A DNA stretch of 64,000 bases from a virus: the IMG/VR virus record IMGVR_UViG_3300024520_005201, positions 5,698 through 69,697 of that record; one strand, written 5' to 3'. A program made the translations under genes and the position numbers. The notes under the pieces are model-generated. The model was not told the origin of the DNA, did not search any database, and saw nothing but the letters and a program-made list of their open reading frames with translations. How positions within the stretch are numbered: the first letter of the stretch is position 1; each line of letters begins with the position of its first letter. Positions 9,866-18,439 of this stretch are shown here, one piece after another.

Positions 9866-10417
9866 TTATACAGGTGTCTCGCCAGATGCACCTGCAAACG
9901 TAGCCGCGGGTGTTATATCTGTATCTGTAGTTCCAAGTGTTGCTCCAACAGCGTCTCCACTGTTATTAAAAATTGTCCAATCAGCAAAGCCACTACTCTT
10001 TGTCCTATCAGAATCAACGTAGAATATCTTTGTCTCTGTTACAGTCTCGTAAGGCGCAAGAGTGTTCGTAGCCTCTCTATTTGATACAGAGGTATGAATT
10101 CCTGCAATCTTTCTAGTAGCAACATGTAGTAGGTTGCCACTAGGTAGACCTGTTACTGTGAATTTCTCGCGTTCAACGGAGTTATCCGCATTACGCTTCG
10201 CAGCAGAAAGTCCAGAAAGTGTAACTGAAACGGTATTATCTGGTTGCCAGGCAACACCTAAAGTATCTTTACCAATATCTCTGATAACACCACTGTTAAC
10301 AATCACAGTATTAGTATCTAATTGTGTGTTACCCAGCTTAAGTAGTTCGCCTTGATGATGAACCCTCAGAATATTATTGGTTTTTAGAATTGGTTGTCCG
10401 TTATTTAAGCTACCCAT
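9866..10417 (-). CDS. MGSLN-family paralog 2 (putative virion protein)
   Basis: Starts MGSLN; GGAGG Shine-Dalgarno. Confidence 0.7.
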   Translation of the reverse strand: MGSLNNGQPILKTNNILRVHHQGELLKLGNTQLDTNTVIVNSGVIRDIGKDTLGVAWQPDNTVSVTLSGLSAAKRNADNSVEREKFTVTGLPSGNLLHVATRKIAGIHTSVSNREATNTLAPYETVTETKIFYVDSDRTKSSGFADWTIFNNSGDAVGATLGTTDTDITPAATFAGASGETPV

Positions 10418-10429
10418 TGTTCTGCCTCC

Positions 10430-10840
10430 TTATGGACGGAAACTAGTATTGGGCCGTCTTTCAACAACCGTATCTGTTGCGGCATCACCAAGAACAAGCT
10501 TATTGCCGGTATGTCTATCTCCATAATCTCTAACAGGAATTAATCCAATCTCAGGATTACCAGAACCAGAAGTAACAAAGCGTTCTGTTTGTCTTTCGAC
10601 AAGAGAATTACTTGCTGCATCTGTAATTTTTCTAGCAGGATTTATGAGCTGTGTAGCCCACTGTGTCTTGACTAAATCTGCTCTAGTAGCGCCTGATGCA
10701 AACGGAACGGCGTACTCTTCGACGAGAGTAGCCGACGTATTGGGAAGTGCCTGTTGAGTTACAGTGATAGCTCCGCCTATATTTCTATAGGTTTCATTCT
10801 GTTTTTGAATTTTGCTGCCATCAAAGTTTAAGCTTCCCAT
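10430..10840 (-). CDS. MGSLN-family paralog 1 (putative virion protein)
   Basis: Starts MGSLN; GGAG Shine-Dalgarno. Confidence 0.7.
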   Translation of the reverse strand: MGSLNFDGSKIQKQNETYRNIGGAITVTQQALPNTSATLVEEYAVPFASGATRADLVKTQWATQLINPARKITDAASNSLVERQTERFVTSGSGNPEIGLIPVRDYGDRHTGNKLVLGDAATDTVVERRPNTSFRP

Positions 10841-10846
10841 TAGATA

Positions 10847-11281
10847 TTACTCCAACATAGATAGGTGAACTCTAGCCGACAAGGCTTGAGCCGAGGACAA
10901 GGTCACGTCTACACCAACATTTAGGAAAACAATATCTCCTGCAGAGAGCAGGACTTCATTATTATTTTCTTTATCGAGTAGTAGCTGCACGGTCGTCGCG
11001 CCTCCGGATACTAATGTACCACTAGCTACTACCGCTCCTGCAGCCCAAAGCTCTAGTCCAACTTGACCAACGGATAGGGCTGTGCCCTGGATATTTGCGA
11101 CGACACCTTCAAGCCTGGCTCTTCGTGGCATTTCGTAATCTGTAACACCGTGTGGGTCTGCTAGTTTTGCTGCAGCCGCTGCACCAGATAGTGCAGAATC
11201 TCCAAGATAAAGAACATCACTACCTGTAATGTCCTGATTACCTAGGATATTTTTCATATTCTTCTTATATGCTGAACCCAT
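10847..11281 (-). CDS. putative capsid decoration/cement-like protein
   Basis: 144 aa, Ala/Val/Gly-rich beta pattern; first gene after an AT-rich intergenic region; AGGAG Shine-Dalgarno. Confidence 0.55.
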   Translation of the reverse strand: MGSAYKKNMKNILGNQDITGSDVLYLGDSALSGAAAAAKLADPHGVTDYEMPRRARLEGVVANIQGTALSVGQVGLELWAAGAVVASGTLVSGGATTVQLLLDKENNNEVLLSAGDIVFLNVGVDVTLSSAQALSARVHLSMLE

Positions 11282-11375
11282 GTTAAACTCCTTTTATCTA
11301 TTTAAAAATTGATTTGCATATCTCTATTTAAACTCAAATTCATATTTATTATCTACTAATCTTTATCTAATTATT

Positions 11376-11388
11376 CTATTAATTATAC
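11376..11388 (-). promoter_or_regulatory. putative late-promoter element GTATAATTAATAG
   Basis: In the AT-rich gap upstream of the structural operon; a near copy lies at 11779-11792. Confidence 0.4.
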
Positions 11389-11406
11389 TAAGTAGACCTA
11401 TGGGGT

Positions 11407-11682
11407 CTACCATTCAGGTATTTTCATATCGGGGTTGAGATTCTTAAGCTGTGCGCCCCATAGTTTCATTTCTGTAGATGTCCAGCGGTCGCCAGTTTTC
11501 TCTTCTAATCTTTCCAATCTTCTATCTTGTTTATCTAGGGCTCTATCAATAGTAGTGAACCTGGAATCTAGAAAACCCCAGGCTCCTACTAGAATAATCA
11601 CTAGAGATACGACAGCGCCAATTGGAACTAGAGTAGACCGATTTATCTGATTTGGTTGTGGATTATTTTTTTGTGGGGGCAT
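11407..11682 (-). CDS. single-TM membrane protein (holin/XhlA-like)
   Basis: One hydrophobic helix (LVPIGAVVSLVIILVGAWGFL) followed by a coiled coil. Confidence 0.55.
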   Translation of the reverse strand: MPPQKNNPQPNQINRSTLVPIGAVVSLVIILVGAWGFLDSRFTTIDRALDKQDRRLERLEEKTGDRWTSTEMKLWGAQLKNLNPDMKIPEW

Positions 11683-11778
11683 TAGTGCTCCTATAAATTT
11701 ATGAGAAAGTTCGTATCTCTAGCCCTAACTCTTGATAAATTAAGTAATTATAGACAACAACTCTAGTTATTACCCCGG

Positions 11779-11792
11779 CTAATTAATAATAC
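11779..11792 (-). promoter_or_regulatory. putative late-promoter element GTATTATTAATTAG
   Basis: In the intergenic gap upstream of the membrane protein; resembles 11376-11388. Confidence 0.4.
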
Positions 11793-11797
11793 ACCAA

Positions 11798-12280
11798 TCA
11801 CCAGCCTAAAATAATCTGATACCCTTTGGTTAGTCCAATTTTAAGGAGTTCTGCCTCATCCCAGCTAATTGGTAATGCTACTGCATCCTTTCTATCTCCC
11901 TCAGCTACGGACACCTTCATGTAATATCCTCGAGATTGCTTCTTTAATTTAATCATTTTATTACCCTTAGAGTTCTTGTGGAACAAGAATAAATCAGGCT
12001 CTTTAGGGTCTGTGTTTGGCGGGAGTGCGCCATTAAATAGGGCCAGGAGCTTACCGATGTCGGCAACTCCTAGCTTTACGGTAATTTTTGTATTCTCCCA
12101 GTCATAGGGTTTGGAATCTCTCATAGGACGGACCTGCTTTGCTAGCTCCATAAACATACATTCCACGTATGCGTTCCCATTCTTATCTTCTAGCTCTCTA
12201 CCTAATTTAAACTGAGCTACTGCTCCATTATTATTTTTGTTGGCCTTATAAATACCAATGAAATCGTTCTTTTTTGCCAT
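11798..12280 (-). CDS. Whirly/PC4-like ssDNA-binding protein
   Basis: GIYK...YDWENTKITVKLGVADIGKLL...FH...VALPISWDEAELL resembles the Whirly SIYK...YDW..K..F.L...EIG..FH..IPV...E pattern. Confidence 0.6.
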   Translation of the reverse strand: MAKKNDFIGIYKANKNNNGAVAQFKLGRELEDKNGNAYVECMFMELAKQVRPMRDSKPYDWENTKITVKLGVADIGKLLALFNGALPPNTDPKEPDLFLFHKNSKGNKMIKLKKQSRGYYMKVSVAEGDRKDAVALPISWDEAELLKIGLTKGYQIILGW

Positions 12281-12329
12281 TATATACTATCCTTCAATAA
12301 TTTAACTGTGTTCGTCGAGCAAAGACGAA

Positions 12330-12581
12330 CTATAAAAACTTGACACACTTGCAATAAAAGAGTGTCTCCTGCTCATCCCCCTTATTACCTGGGAAACTAT
12401 ACCTCATCCAGCCTTTACCCCAACACAACTTACAATTGCTCTTGGCTTTTATGTTAGGAGTGGCTTCGTGAGTACTTCTTTCTTCTTTTGTTCCTCTGGT
12501 TCCTAAATCAGCACCTAATTCCTTTGCAGACTTCATGATATTATCTACAACTTCGGATTCATTCTCGAAAATATTACTCAT
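12330..12581 (-). CDS. small zinc-finger protein
   Basis: CKLCWGKG...YCKC. Confidence 0.6.
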   Translation of the reverse strand: MSNIFENESEVVDNIMKSAKELGADLGTRGTKEERSTHEATPNIKAKSNCKLCWGKGWMRYSFPGNKGDEQETLFYCKCVKFL

Positions 12582-12855
12582 TCCCGCTATGCTCCTTCAA
12601 TTCTTTTACTATTTTATTTATTAATTCTCTTGTTCTGATTACGTCCCTCATGGCATCCTCGTAGTCTTGTTCTGCTACACCGGCCATCTCATCATGATAG
12701 GAATCCTTCCAAGATTCTGCCTTGTACATACCGGCCAGGCGGCTAACATCAAATAGCCACCTGACCGCCATCTTATGGAATTTTCTGGCTCGCGCCAATC
12801 TTCGAAAGAGCTTCTCTTCTTTGGTAAGCTCCTTGATAGGTTCCTTATCAGACAT
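12574..12855 (-). CDS. hypothetical protein
   Basis: 93-aa ORF overlapping both neighbours. Confidence 0.65.
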   Translation of the reverse strand: MSDKEPIKELTKEEKLFRRLARARKFHKMAVRWLFDVSRLAGMYKAESWKDSYHDEMAGVAEQDYEDAMRDVIRTRELINKIVKELKEHSGNE

Positions 12856-13543
12856 TAATTTTCTTTGTTCGTCTCTTCTTCTTTTTTTTACTCATCTTAT
12901 TTAAACAAGTGATTATTTCAAGCCCCTCTTCTTTTGTGAGTTTCTTAAGGTCCTTAGCATTACTAGGAACTTCTAGCATCTGGAACAACTTAGCCTTATC
13001 AACGCCATGTTCTGTGGCCTTCATCTTAATGAGATGGATTTGCTCATCCCCTATGGGACCAAGGTCTACGTCCTGAGCTATCGTCATGTCAGATTTTTCT
13101 TCAACACTACATGTAGTGATTGCAAATGCTGTTCTGAGGGCTCTAGCCTTAGCTCTGGACTCTGCCATAGCACTTAGATAGAGTTTGAAATTGCCATCAC
13201 AATTTTTTGTGGTTGCATCTGCTGTACCTGCGTAGCTACGACCATCATCGAAGCTATATTCGTAAGTAATCAATACTCCGCTAGTTCCTAGCTGCATTAC
13301 ATTTGTGGGGCGAGCAGACACTACGCCGCGCTCTTTTGCTAGGCGCTCTAGGCCTTTTAGATATACAAATGGACGGCCTTTTTCGTGCTTGAACTCGTCC
13401 TCTTTTAGGTCTTTATTGTAATCATAGCTTGGGTCGAATGCCTTGCCTGTTTTCTCTTCTCTAAATCTTTTTGTCACTATTGTTAATCCTGCTTCCGGTT
13501 TATCTCTTAGCTGTTTCACTTGTTCTTTTGAAATTTTCGCCAT
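12848..13543 (-). CDS. putative single-strand annealing protein (Rad52/Sak-like)
   Basis: YLKGLERLA...GTADA...AMAESRAKARALR motif and a C-terminal Q..LI....LTKEEG..II helical module. Confidence 0.55.
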   Translation of the reverse strand: MAKISKEQVKQLRDKPEAGLTIVTKRFREEKTGKAFDPSYDYNKDLKEDEFKHEKGRPFVYLKGLERLAKERGVVSARPTNVMQLGTSGVLITYEYSFDDGRSYAGTADATTKNCDGNFKLYLSAMAESRAKARALRTAFAITTCSVEEKSDMTIAQDVDLGPIGDEQIHLIKMKATEHGVDKAKLFQMLEVPSNAKDLKKLTKEEGLEIITCLNKMSKKKKKRRTKKINV

Positions 13544-14243
13544 CTTTTGCTCCTATCAGGTCTCTAATATCTCCATAAAAACACATTGGATTATCTGGTT
13601 GGTCTAGTGCATCGTCGTTACCTAGTGAATACCACCCAGGCCACTGTTGTCTGCCGAAAAGTTCCAGCTTTTTAACAGTTGATGCACCGGCTACGTGACA
13701 CCAGCAACCATCATGATAGTTGGGGCAATCATCTAGTGCGCCCTCACATTTATCTTTTTTGGTATTTGGGTCTTGCGAGGTGGGGTCAACAACTTTGTCT
13801 ATTCTATCGTAGATTTCATCAGGTTTCTGGGAATTACCCCTGCGCAAAGCCTCGATGAACTGTTCTACATTCTGCGCGTATCTCTTGGGGCTGCCGCGCT
13901 TGCCACAAAGGACAATTTCCGTGCTACCTTGCGTGCAGCAGCGGCCATATGTCTTAGCATTCTTATCGTTCTTAGTCTTCTTCGCCCACACAAAAGCACA
14001 GGTTCTGTATGAAAATCCCCAGGCCTCCATTAGCTCTAGTGCGTGAGGTAATTGAGCCCATACAGCCCACATGAACATCCAACAGTTCTTATTTGCTAAT
14101 GAGGCGACATCAATCTTCATCATTTCTTTTTGTGAAATGGTTGGATACTTATATTGAATCGCTAGACTCTTTTTAAAGTATGGAACCTCTGCATAACTCC
14201 AGGGTGGGTCAGCATATATTACATCAAATTTATCTAATGACAT
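13500..14243 (-). CDS. MT-A70 family adenine methyltransferase
   Basis: DVIYADPPW, LELMEAWGF, SQKPDEIY and LELFGR motifs. Confidence 0.9.
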   Translation of the reverse strand: MSLDKFDVIYADPPWSYAEVPYFKKSLAIQYKYPTISQKEMMKIDVASLANKNCWMFMWAVWAQLPHALELMEAWGFSYRTCAFVWAKKTKNDKNAKTYGRCCTQGSTEIVLCGKRGSPKRYAQNVEQFIEALRRGNSQKPDEIYDRIDKVVDPTSQDPNTKKDKCEGALDDCPNYHDGCWCHVAGASTVKKLELFGRQQWPGWYSLGNDDALDQPDNPMCFYGDIRDLIGAKDGENFKRTSETAKR

Positions 14244-14824
14244 TAGTCTAGCCTCGATTTGTTAAATGTTCTCTTTGCTGTCCGCGAGGCACCCATATAG
14301 GCGTCTATTAGGTCAGCCTGGGAGACAATGAATGCCTCATCTGTTTTGGGGGGCATATTGCTTCTATACTCTACTCGTCCATGATGTGACACTATGATAT
14401 GCAACAAATGGTCGGCTATATCTGGGTCTATTTTATCATACTTAATGAGTTCATCTATTTCTTTAGCAACTAAGTGATAACCAATTGGAATGTGGTGATG
14501 CCATCTACTTTTTTGTGTGCTGACATAGGCCTCTTTACCCTTATCATACTCATAGCACAGGACCTTACCTATATCATGAAGGAAGGCTCCGGCAACAATT
14601 ATACTTCTGTTGTGTTGCTTCTTATATCTATCGGTCATCGCGGCTGCGAGCATTGCTGTATTGAACGAATGGTCTAGTAATCCTCCAGCATATGAATGAT
14701 GCCTACTGCATCCTGCTGGGTCAGTAATAAATCTATCGTGATACTTTTCCATAAGATTGTATACTAAGTTTTGAATAGAAGAGTCGTCGATTTGTCTTAG
14801 TATTTTGTCTATCTTCTTGTGCAT
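14243..14824 (-). CDS. HD-domain phosphohydrolase (YhaM-like)
   Basis: HHSYAGGLLDHS, LHDIGK, HIIVSHHG, AD motifs. Confidence 0.85.
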   Translation of the reverse strand: MHKKIDKILRQIDDSSIQNLVYNLMEKYHDRFITDPAGCSRHHSYAGGLLDHSFNTAMLAAAMTDRYKKQHNRSIIVAGAFLHDIGKVLCYEYDKGKEAYVSTQKSRWHHHIPIGYHLVAKEIDELIKYDKIDPDIADHLLHIIVSHHGRVEYRSNMPPKTDEAFIVSQADLIDAYMGASRTAKRTFNKSRLD

Positions 14825-14842
14825 AGAGTGCCTCCTATATTC

Positions 14843-14852
14843 ATTATACGCG
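14843..14852 (-). promoter_or_regulatory. CGCGTATAAT promoter motif
   Basis: Short gap upstream of the HD gene and its AGGAGG Shine-Dalgarno; recurs in three other gaps. Confidence 0.6.
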
Positions 14853-14856
14853 AAAT

Positions 14857-15657
14857 TTATTCTGCGTCAATTATATGGACTACATTTCTTGCACCATTTT
14901 CAATTGCATCAACAATTTTATCACAAGCTCTTCTACAAAATGCCATAGTGGAAGAAGTTGAGTGGTCGCGCACCCTAAGAACAGTCCAGCCAGATTTTAC
15001 TAGCATATTGTTCTTGATTGCATCTTTTGCCTGCACCCAAGCTAGACCTTTATCTCCATAGATGGGGACAAAATGATTCGGTCCGTCCCATTCAATTGCA
15101 ATCTTCTCTTTAACCATGGCGATATCAATCTCATAACGTCTACCTGGAGTGAAATCTTTGCTGCGTTGAATTATTTTAAATCCAGCATTGATTAGCATAT
15201 CTGCTACCATGTTCTCGTTCTTAGAACCTTTGCGGCGCTTCTTCGTATTACCAACCCTCATTTTATTGATGGCGCTTTTTCTTTCCTCGGGTGTCTTCTT
15301 GTCCCATGCACTTTTCCCTATTTTAGACCTAATAAGTTTGGCTGCCACCTTCTCTTCTGGTGTCATATTTGCCCAATGCTCTTGAAGTCCCATAGAAATA
15401 CGCATCTTTTCTTTATGCGAACGTTCCCTACCCTGAAGTGGAGAGCCATTTTTCTCTAGGTTATTCTTTTGTGCTTGGCTTTTATCTCTAATTGCGAACC
15501 CGTGTTTTTTAAGAGCGCGGCGAATAGTCATAGGGTATGTACCATGCTCTTTAGCTATTTGACTGGTGCTCTTTTCTTTAGTTTCATATTCGCTTTTTAG
15601 AAAGTCATGGTTATCCCACGGCTTACTTTTGTTTGGCATTATACTTACTCCTATCAT
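14857..15657 (-). CDS. DUF559/Vsr-like endonuclease with N-terminal DNA-binding region (free-standing homing-endonuclease type)
   Basis: SKNE...YEIDIA...AIEWDGPNH...KD..KN..L...GWTVLRV; likely true start is MPNK. Confidence 0.75.
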   Translation of the reverse strand: MIGVSIMPNKSKPWDNHDFLKSEYETKEKSTSQIAKEHGTYPMTIRRALKKHGFAIRDKSQAQKNNLEKNGSPLQGRERSHKEKMRISMGLQEHWANMTPEEKVAAKLIRSKIGKSAWDKKTPEERKSAINKMRVGNTKKRRKGSKNENMVADMLINAGFKIIQRSKDFTPGRRYEIDIAMVKEKIAIEWDGPNHFVPIYGDKGLAWVQAKDAIKNNMLVKSGWTVLRVRDHSTSSTMAFCRRACDKIVDAIENGARNVVHIIDAE

Positions 15658-15952
15658 AGAAATTTGTATTTAAATGTGGTGCTATATTCCTTACATAGCT
15701 CTCTATTACGGTTTCAGATACTCCATATTTCTGTGAACAAAATACTAAACCCGACCTTAAATCTGTAAGGAACACTTTTTTATTGGGTGGCTCCCAATCT
15801 TTCTCTCTATCTAAATCAATTAGATAAAGTTTATTCTCGGTGAGATATTCAACTATCTCAGCCATAAGAATTGGTTTAGCCTTAGCTCGTGTTACAAAAT
15901 GAACCTGTGTTCCGTCAGTCGTTGTAAATTTTAATGCCTTAAACTTAGCCAT
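15623..15952 (-). CDS. hypothetical protein
   Basis: 109-aa ORF with GGAGTGG upstream; overlaps neighbours. Confidence 0.65.
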   Translation of the reverse strand: MAKFKALKFTTTDGTQVHFVTRAKAKPILMAEIVEYLTENKLYLIDLDREKDWEPPNKKVFLTDLRSGLVFCSQKYGVSETVIESYVRNIAPHLNTNFYDRSKYNAKQK

Positions 15953-16184
15953 TCTTCCACTCCTCTATTGTCAGTCGTAATCTGACTCTCAGTTTTTCAA
16001 TCTGTTGAATATTATCTTTTTTATTTTTCAAGAGTTTCCTAATCTGTATCGATAGTCCTGTTATTTCTCTATAAAACTTTATGTGTTGCATGTGTTGTCT
16101 TACATTATCTAGAGTTAAGCCAAGTGCCCTCTTATATGATGCAATCTGGGCGTTGGAATCTACTAGACTGACAAAAATTTTCAT
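15945..16184 (-). CDS. hypothetical protein (may extend to ATG 16238 through an in-frame TGA)
   Basis: 79-aa ORF; the upstream frame is open except for TGA at 16227-16229. Confidence 0.55.
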   Translation of the reverse strand: MKIFVSLVDSNAQIASYKRALGLTLDNVRQHMQHIKFYREITGLSIQIRKLLKNKKDNIQQIEKLRVRLRLTIEEWKNG

Positions 16185-16230
16185 CTCTTCAAGACCGAAG
16201 GGTTTCCCTGTACAGGGATTATTTCCTCAT

Positions 16231-17211
16231 TTACCCATTTGAATTTCTCTCAAGGTCAGATGCTACCATCTCTGTAATAAGAGATTTAAAATCATACTTG
16301 GGCTTCCACCCCAGAACTTCTCTTGCTTTTGTGCTATCTCCTAGTAATAAATCAACCTCTGCTGGTCTCATAAATTTAGGGTCTTGGACAACCCATTCTC
16401 GCCAATCCAAATCAACATGACCAAATGCAACATCTAATAAATCCATAATGCTATGAGTCTCTCCTGTGGAGATAACATAATCATCTGGCTTATCGTGCTG
16501 CAACATGAGCCAGGCAGCATACATATAGTCCTTCGCGTGACCCCAATCCCTCTTGCTATCAAGATTACCTAAGCTTAACTTAGTACTCTGGTCAAAGCAC
16601 AGCCTGGCAGCAGCATGAGTAATCTTTCTAGTCACAAACTCTATTCCTCTGCGAGGGCTTTCATGATTAAATAAAATTCCATTACAGGTAAACATATCAT
16701 AGGATTCTCTGTAATTTTTTGTTGACCAGAACCCCGCTAACTTAGCTACTCCATATGGACTACGAGGATAAAATGGGGTAGTCTCTTTCTGCGGAGTCTC
16801 CTGAACTTTTCCAAATAACTCTGATGTACTTGCTTGGTAGAACTTGCAATCTGGTTTAATATTTCTGATAGCCTCTAGACAATTTACTACGCCTCCGGCA
16901 TTTACTCTCATCGTATGATATGGTTCATCCCAAGAAACTCTAACATGACTTTGTGCTGCAAGATTATAAAACTCATCTGGCATATAAGTCGAAACAACTC
17001 TACTAATACTACCGGAGTCTGTCACATCTCCATTCTCTATTTTAAGATTTGGATTATGATATAGGTGTTTAATTCTCCAGTTAGCAGCATTGCTACTGCT
17101 CCTGCGATTTATACCTACCACAGTATATCCTTTATCCAGTAGTATTTCTGCCAAATATGAACCACTTTGGCCTCTGACACCAGTTATTACAGCTACCTTA
17201 CCCATTTGCAA
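16231..17211 (-). CDS. gmd: GDP-mannose 4,6-dehydratase
   Basis: ITGVRGQSGSYLA, YNLAAQSHV, YQASTSELFG, PRSPYGVAK, GILFNHESPRRG, RDWGHAKDY; likely start MGKV at 17205. Confidence 0.97.
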   Translation of the reverse strand: MQMGKVAVITGVRGQSGSYLAEILLDKGYTVVGINRRSSSNAANWRIKHLYHNPNLKIENGDVTDSGSISRVVSTYMPDEFYNLAAQSHVRVSWDEPYHTMRVNAGGVVNCLEAIRNIKPDCKFYQASTSELFGKVQETPQKETTPFYPRSPYGVAKLAGFWSTKNYRESYDMFTCNGILFNHESPRRGIEFVTRKITHAAARLCFDQSTKLSLGNLDSKRDWGHAKDYMYAAWLMLQHDKPDDYVISTGETHSIMDLLDVAFGHVDLDWREWVVQDPKFMRPAEVDLLLGDSTKAREVLGWKPKYDFKSLITEMVASDLERNSNG

Positions 17212-17488
17212 CCTCTGCTAAAATATCTCCGTGACAATCCAGTGGACTACACCAACAGCCAAGAATCTTTCCTTTTAATTCTGCCTTAGCAGTCTCTATC
17301 AACTCAGGTTGTTTCATCAACCATTCTCTATATCTATTAACTGCTATTTCTCTTGAAGCAACTATTATTTGAGCCGCGGTTCCTTCTTTGTGAGTAAAAC
17401 GATTACCCCATTTAGAAGGTCTACCTATATAGATATCAAACGGTTCCTTTTTGCAATGCACGACCATCTTACGCCCTGCCATAATCAT
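17198..17488 (-). CDS. DUF4326-like protein
   Basis: DIYIGRPSKWGN...LKGKILGCWCSPLDCHGDIL. Confidence 0.85.
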   Translation of the reverse strand: MIMAGRKMVVHCKKEPFDIYIGRPSKWGNRFTHKEGTAAQIIVASREIAVNRYREWLMKQPELIETAKAELKGKILGCWCSPLDCHGDILAEVANG

Positions 17489-17873
17489 CCTCTAGCCTTA
17501 CTACATCATCCAACTCTGTGGTAGACACTTCTACGAAGAGCGCATCGTTTGCACCAGCTCCTATTCTATGAACCATTTCGCGCCCAATAAACTTAGGCAC
17601 CATATTTTGTGGCCTAAAGAATCCAAGTCTAGTATCTCTTTTTTTGTGCTCAATATAGCCGTCTCCTGCTACTAAGAACAATGTTTCAATCTTTTCGACA
17701 TGATACTGTAGGCTGAGTCTATGTCCTGCCTTCACAAATATTTCCTTGACTACATAAAAATCATTATTTTCCATGATTCTTTCGTGACCCCAGGGTTTTT
17801 TAATTATCCCAGGAGGCGATTCTTCGTAAGCTTTCTGTGGTTCCTGCCCATTCATAAACAAATACTTCCTCAC
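17469..17873 (-). CDS. cupin, mannose-6-phosphate isomerase type II C-terminal-like
   Basis: KPWG, LSLQYH, HRI, EVST..LDDVVRLEDDYGR; start uncertain. Confidence 0.85.
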   Translation of the reverse strand: MRKYLFMNGQEPQKAYEESPPGIIKKPWGHERIMENNDFYVVKEIFVKAGHRLSLQYHVEKIETLFLVAGDGYIEHKKRDTRLGFFRPQNMVPKFIGREMVHRIGAGANDALFVEVSTTELDDVVRLEDDYGRA

Positions 17874-18150
17874 CAGGAGAATCTTCTCCTATCTTATATG
17901 CCATCGTTTTTTCTCTAGTATAAAGAATTGGAACTCCTTCGTACCTATCTAATTTATCTAAGTCTCTACTGGTCACATCTATTAGTTGGCCAGTTACTTC
18001 GCTATCTGTAGGTACTCTAAAAAGTTTAACGCATGGAAACTGTCCGACATCCCACATGCGAGCATCTATAAAATGAGTATCCTTATCTTCTAACTTAAGA
18101 GTTCCATAGACAAACAACTTATAGAGTCTTCTCTTCTCCAGTTTCTCCAT
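17800..18150 (-). CDS. gamma-glutamylcyclotransferase (AIG2-like)
   Basis: LFVYGTLK...LDRYEG...Y.R motifs. Confidence 0.85.
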   Translation of the reverse strand: MEKLEKRRLYKLFVYGTLKLEDKDTHFIDARMWDVGQFPCVKLFRVPTDSEVTGQLIDVTSRDLDKLDRYEGVPILYTREKTMAYKIGEDSPGEEVFVYEWAGTTESLRRIASWDN

Positions 18151-18439
18151 CTTCTTTTTCCTCTTCTACCTTGATAGTTTCTTTTCTTTCTTTTAGTTTA
18201 TGCTGTAATGTGGGTGGTGCAGATTTTGGCCTGGCCACTATCTTTGCCCCCAGTACATCTGCTACATGTTGTGGAGAAACTCTTACAGGCTTCTTTACCA
18301 ACATAGCTTCATACTCGGTTAGTTTACCTAGGTGTATCTTAAGACCATCTCTATTCAACCCAAGCTTCTTCTCGTAAGCCTTGAGTGGTGCGTTAGATTT
18401 TACTAGCGCTACAAATTCTTTAATCCATTCTAAATTCAT
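18119..18439 (-). CDS. hypothetical protein
   Basis: 106-aa ORF, ATGA-coupled to the HAD gene. Confidence 0.65.
   Translation of the reverse strand: MNLEWIKEFVALVKSNAPLKAYEKKLGLNRDGLKIHLGKLTEYEAMLVKKPVRVSPQHVADVLGAKIVARPKSAPPTLQHKLKERKETIKVEEEKEDGETGEEKTL

Noticed and set aside
9411-11281. N-myristoylation signal in the MGS N-termini
   Set aside because: The gene content is bacteriophage-like (Shine-Dalgarno sites, DnaE, sigma) and no N-myristoyltransferase is seen.
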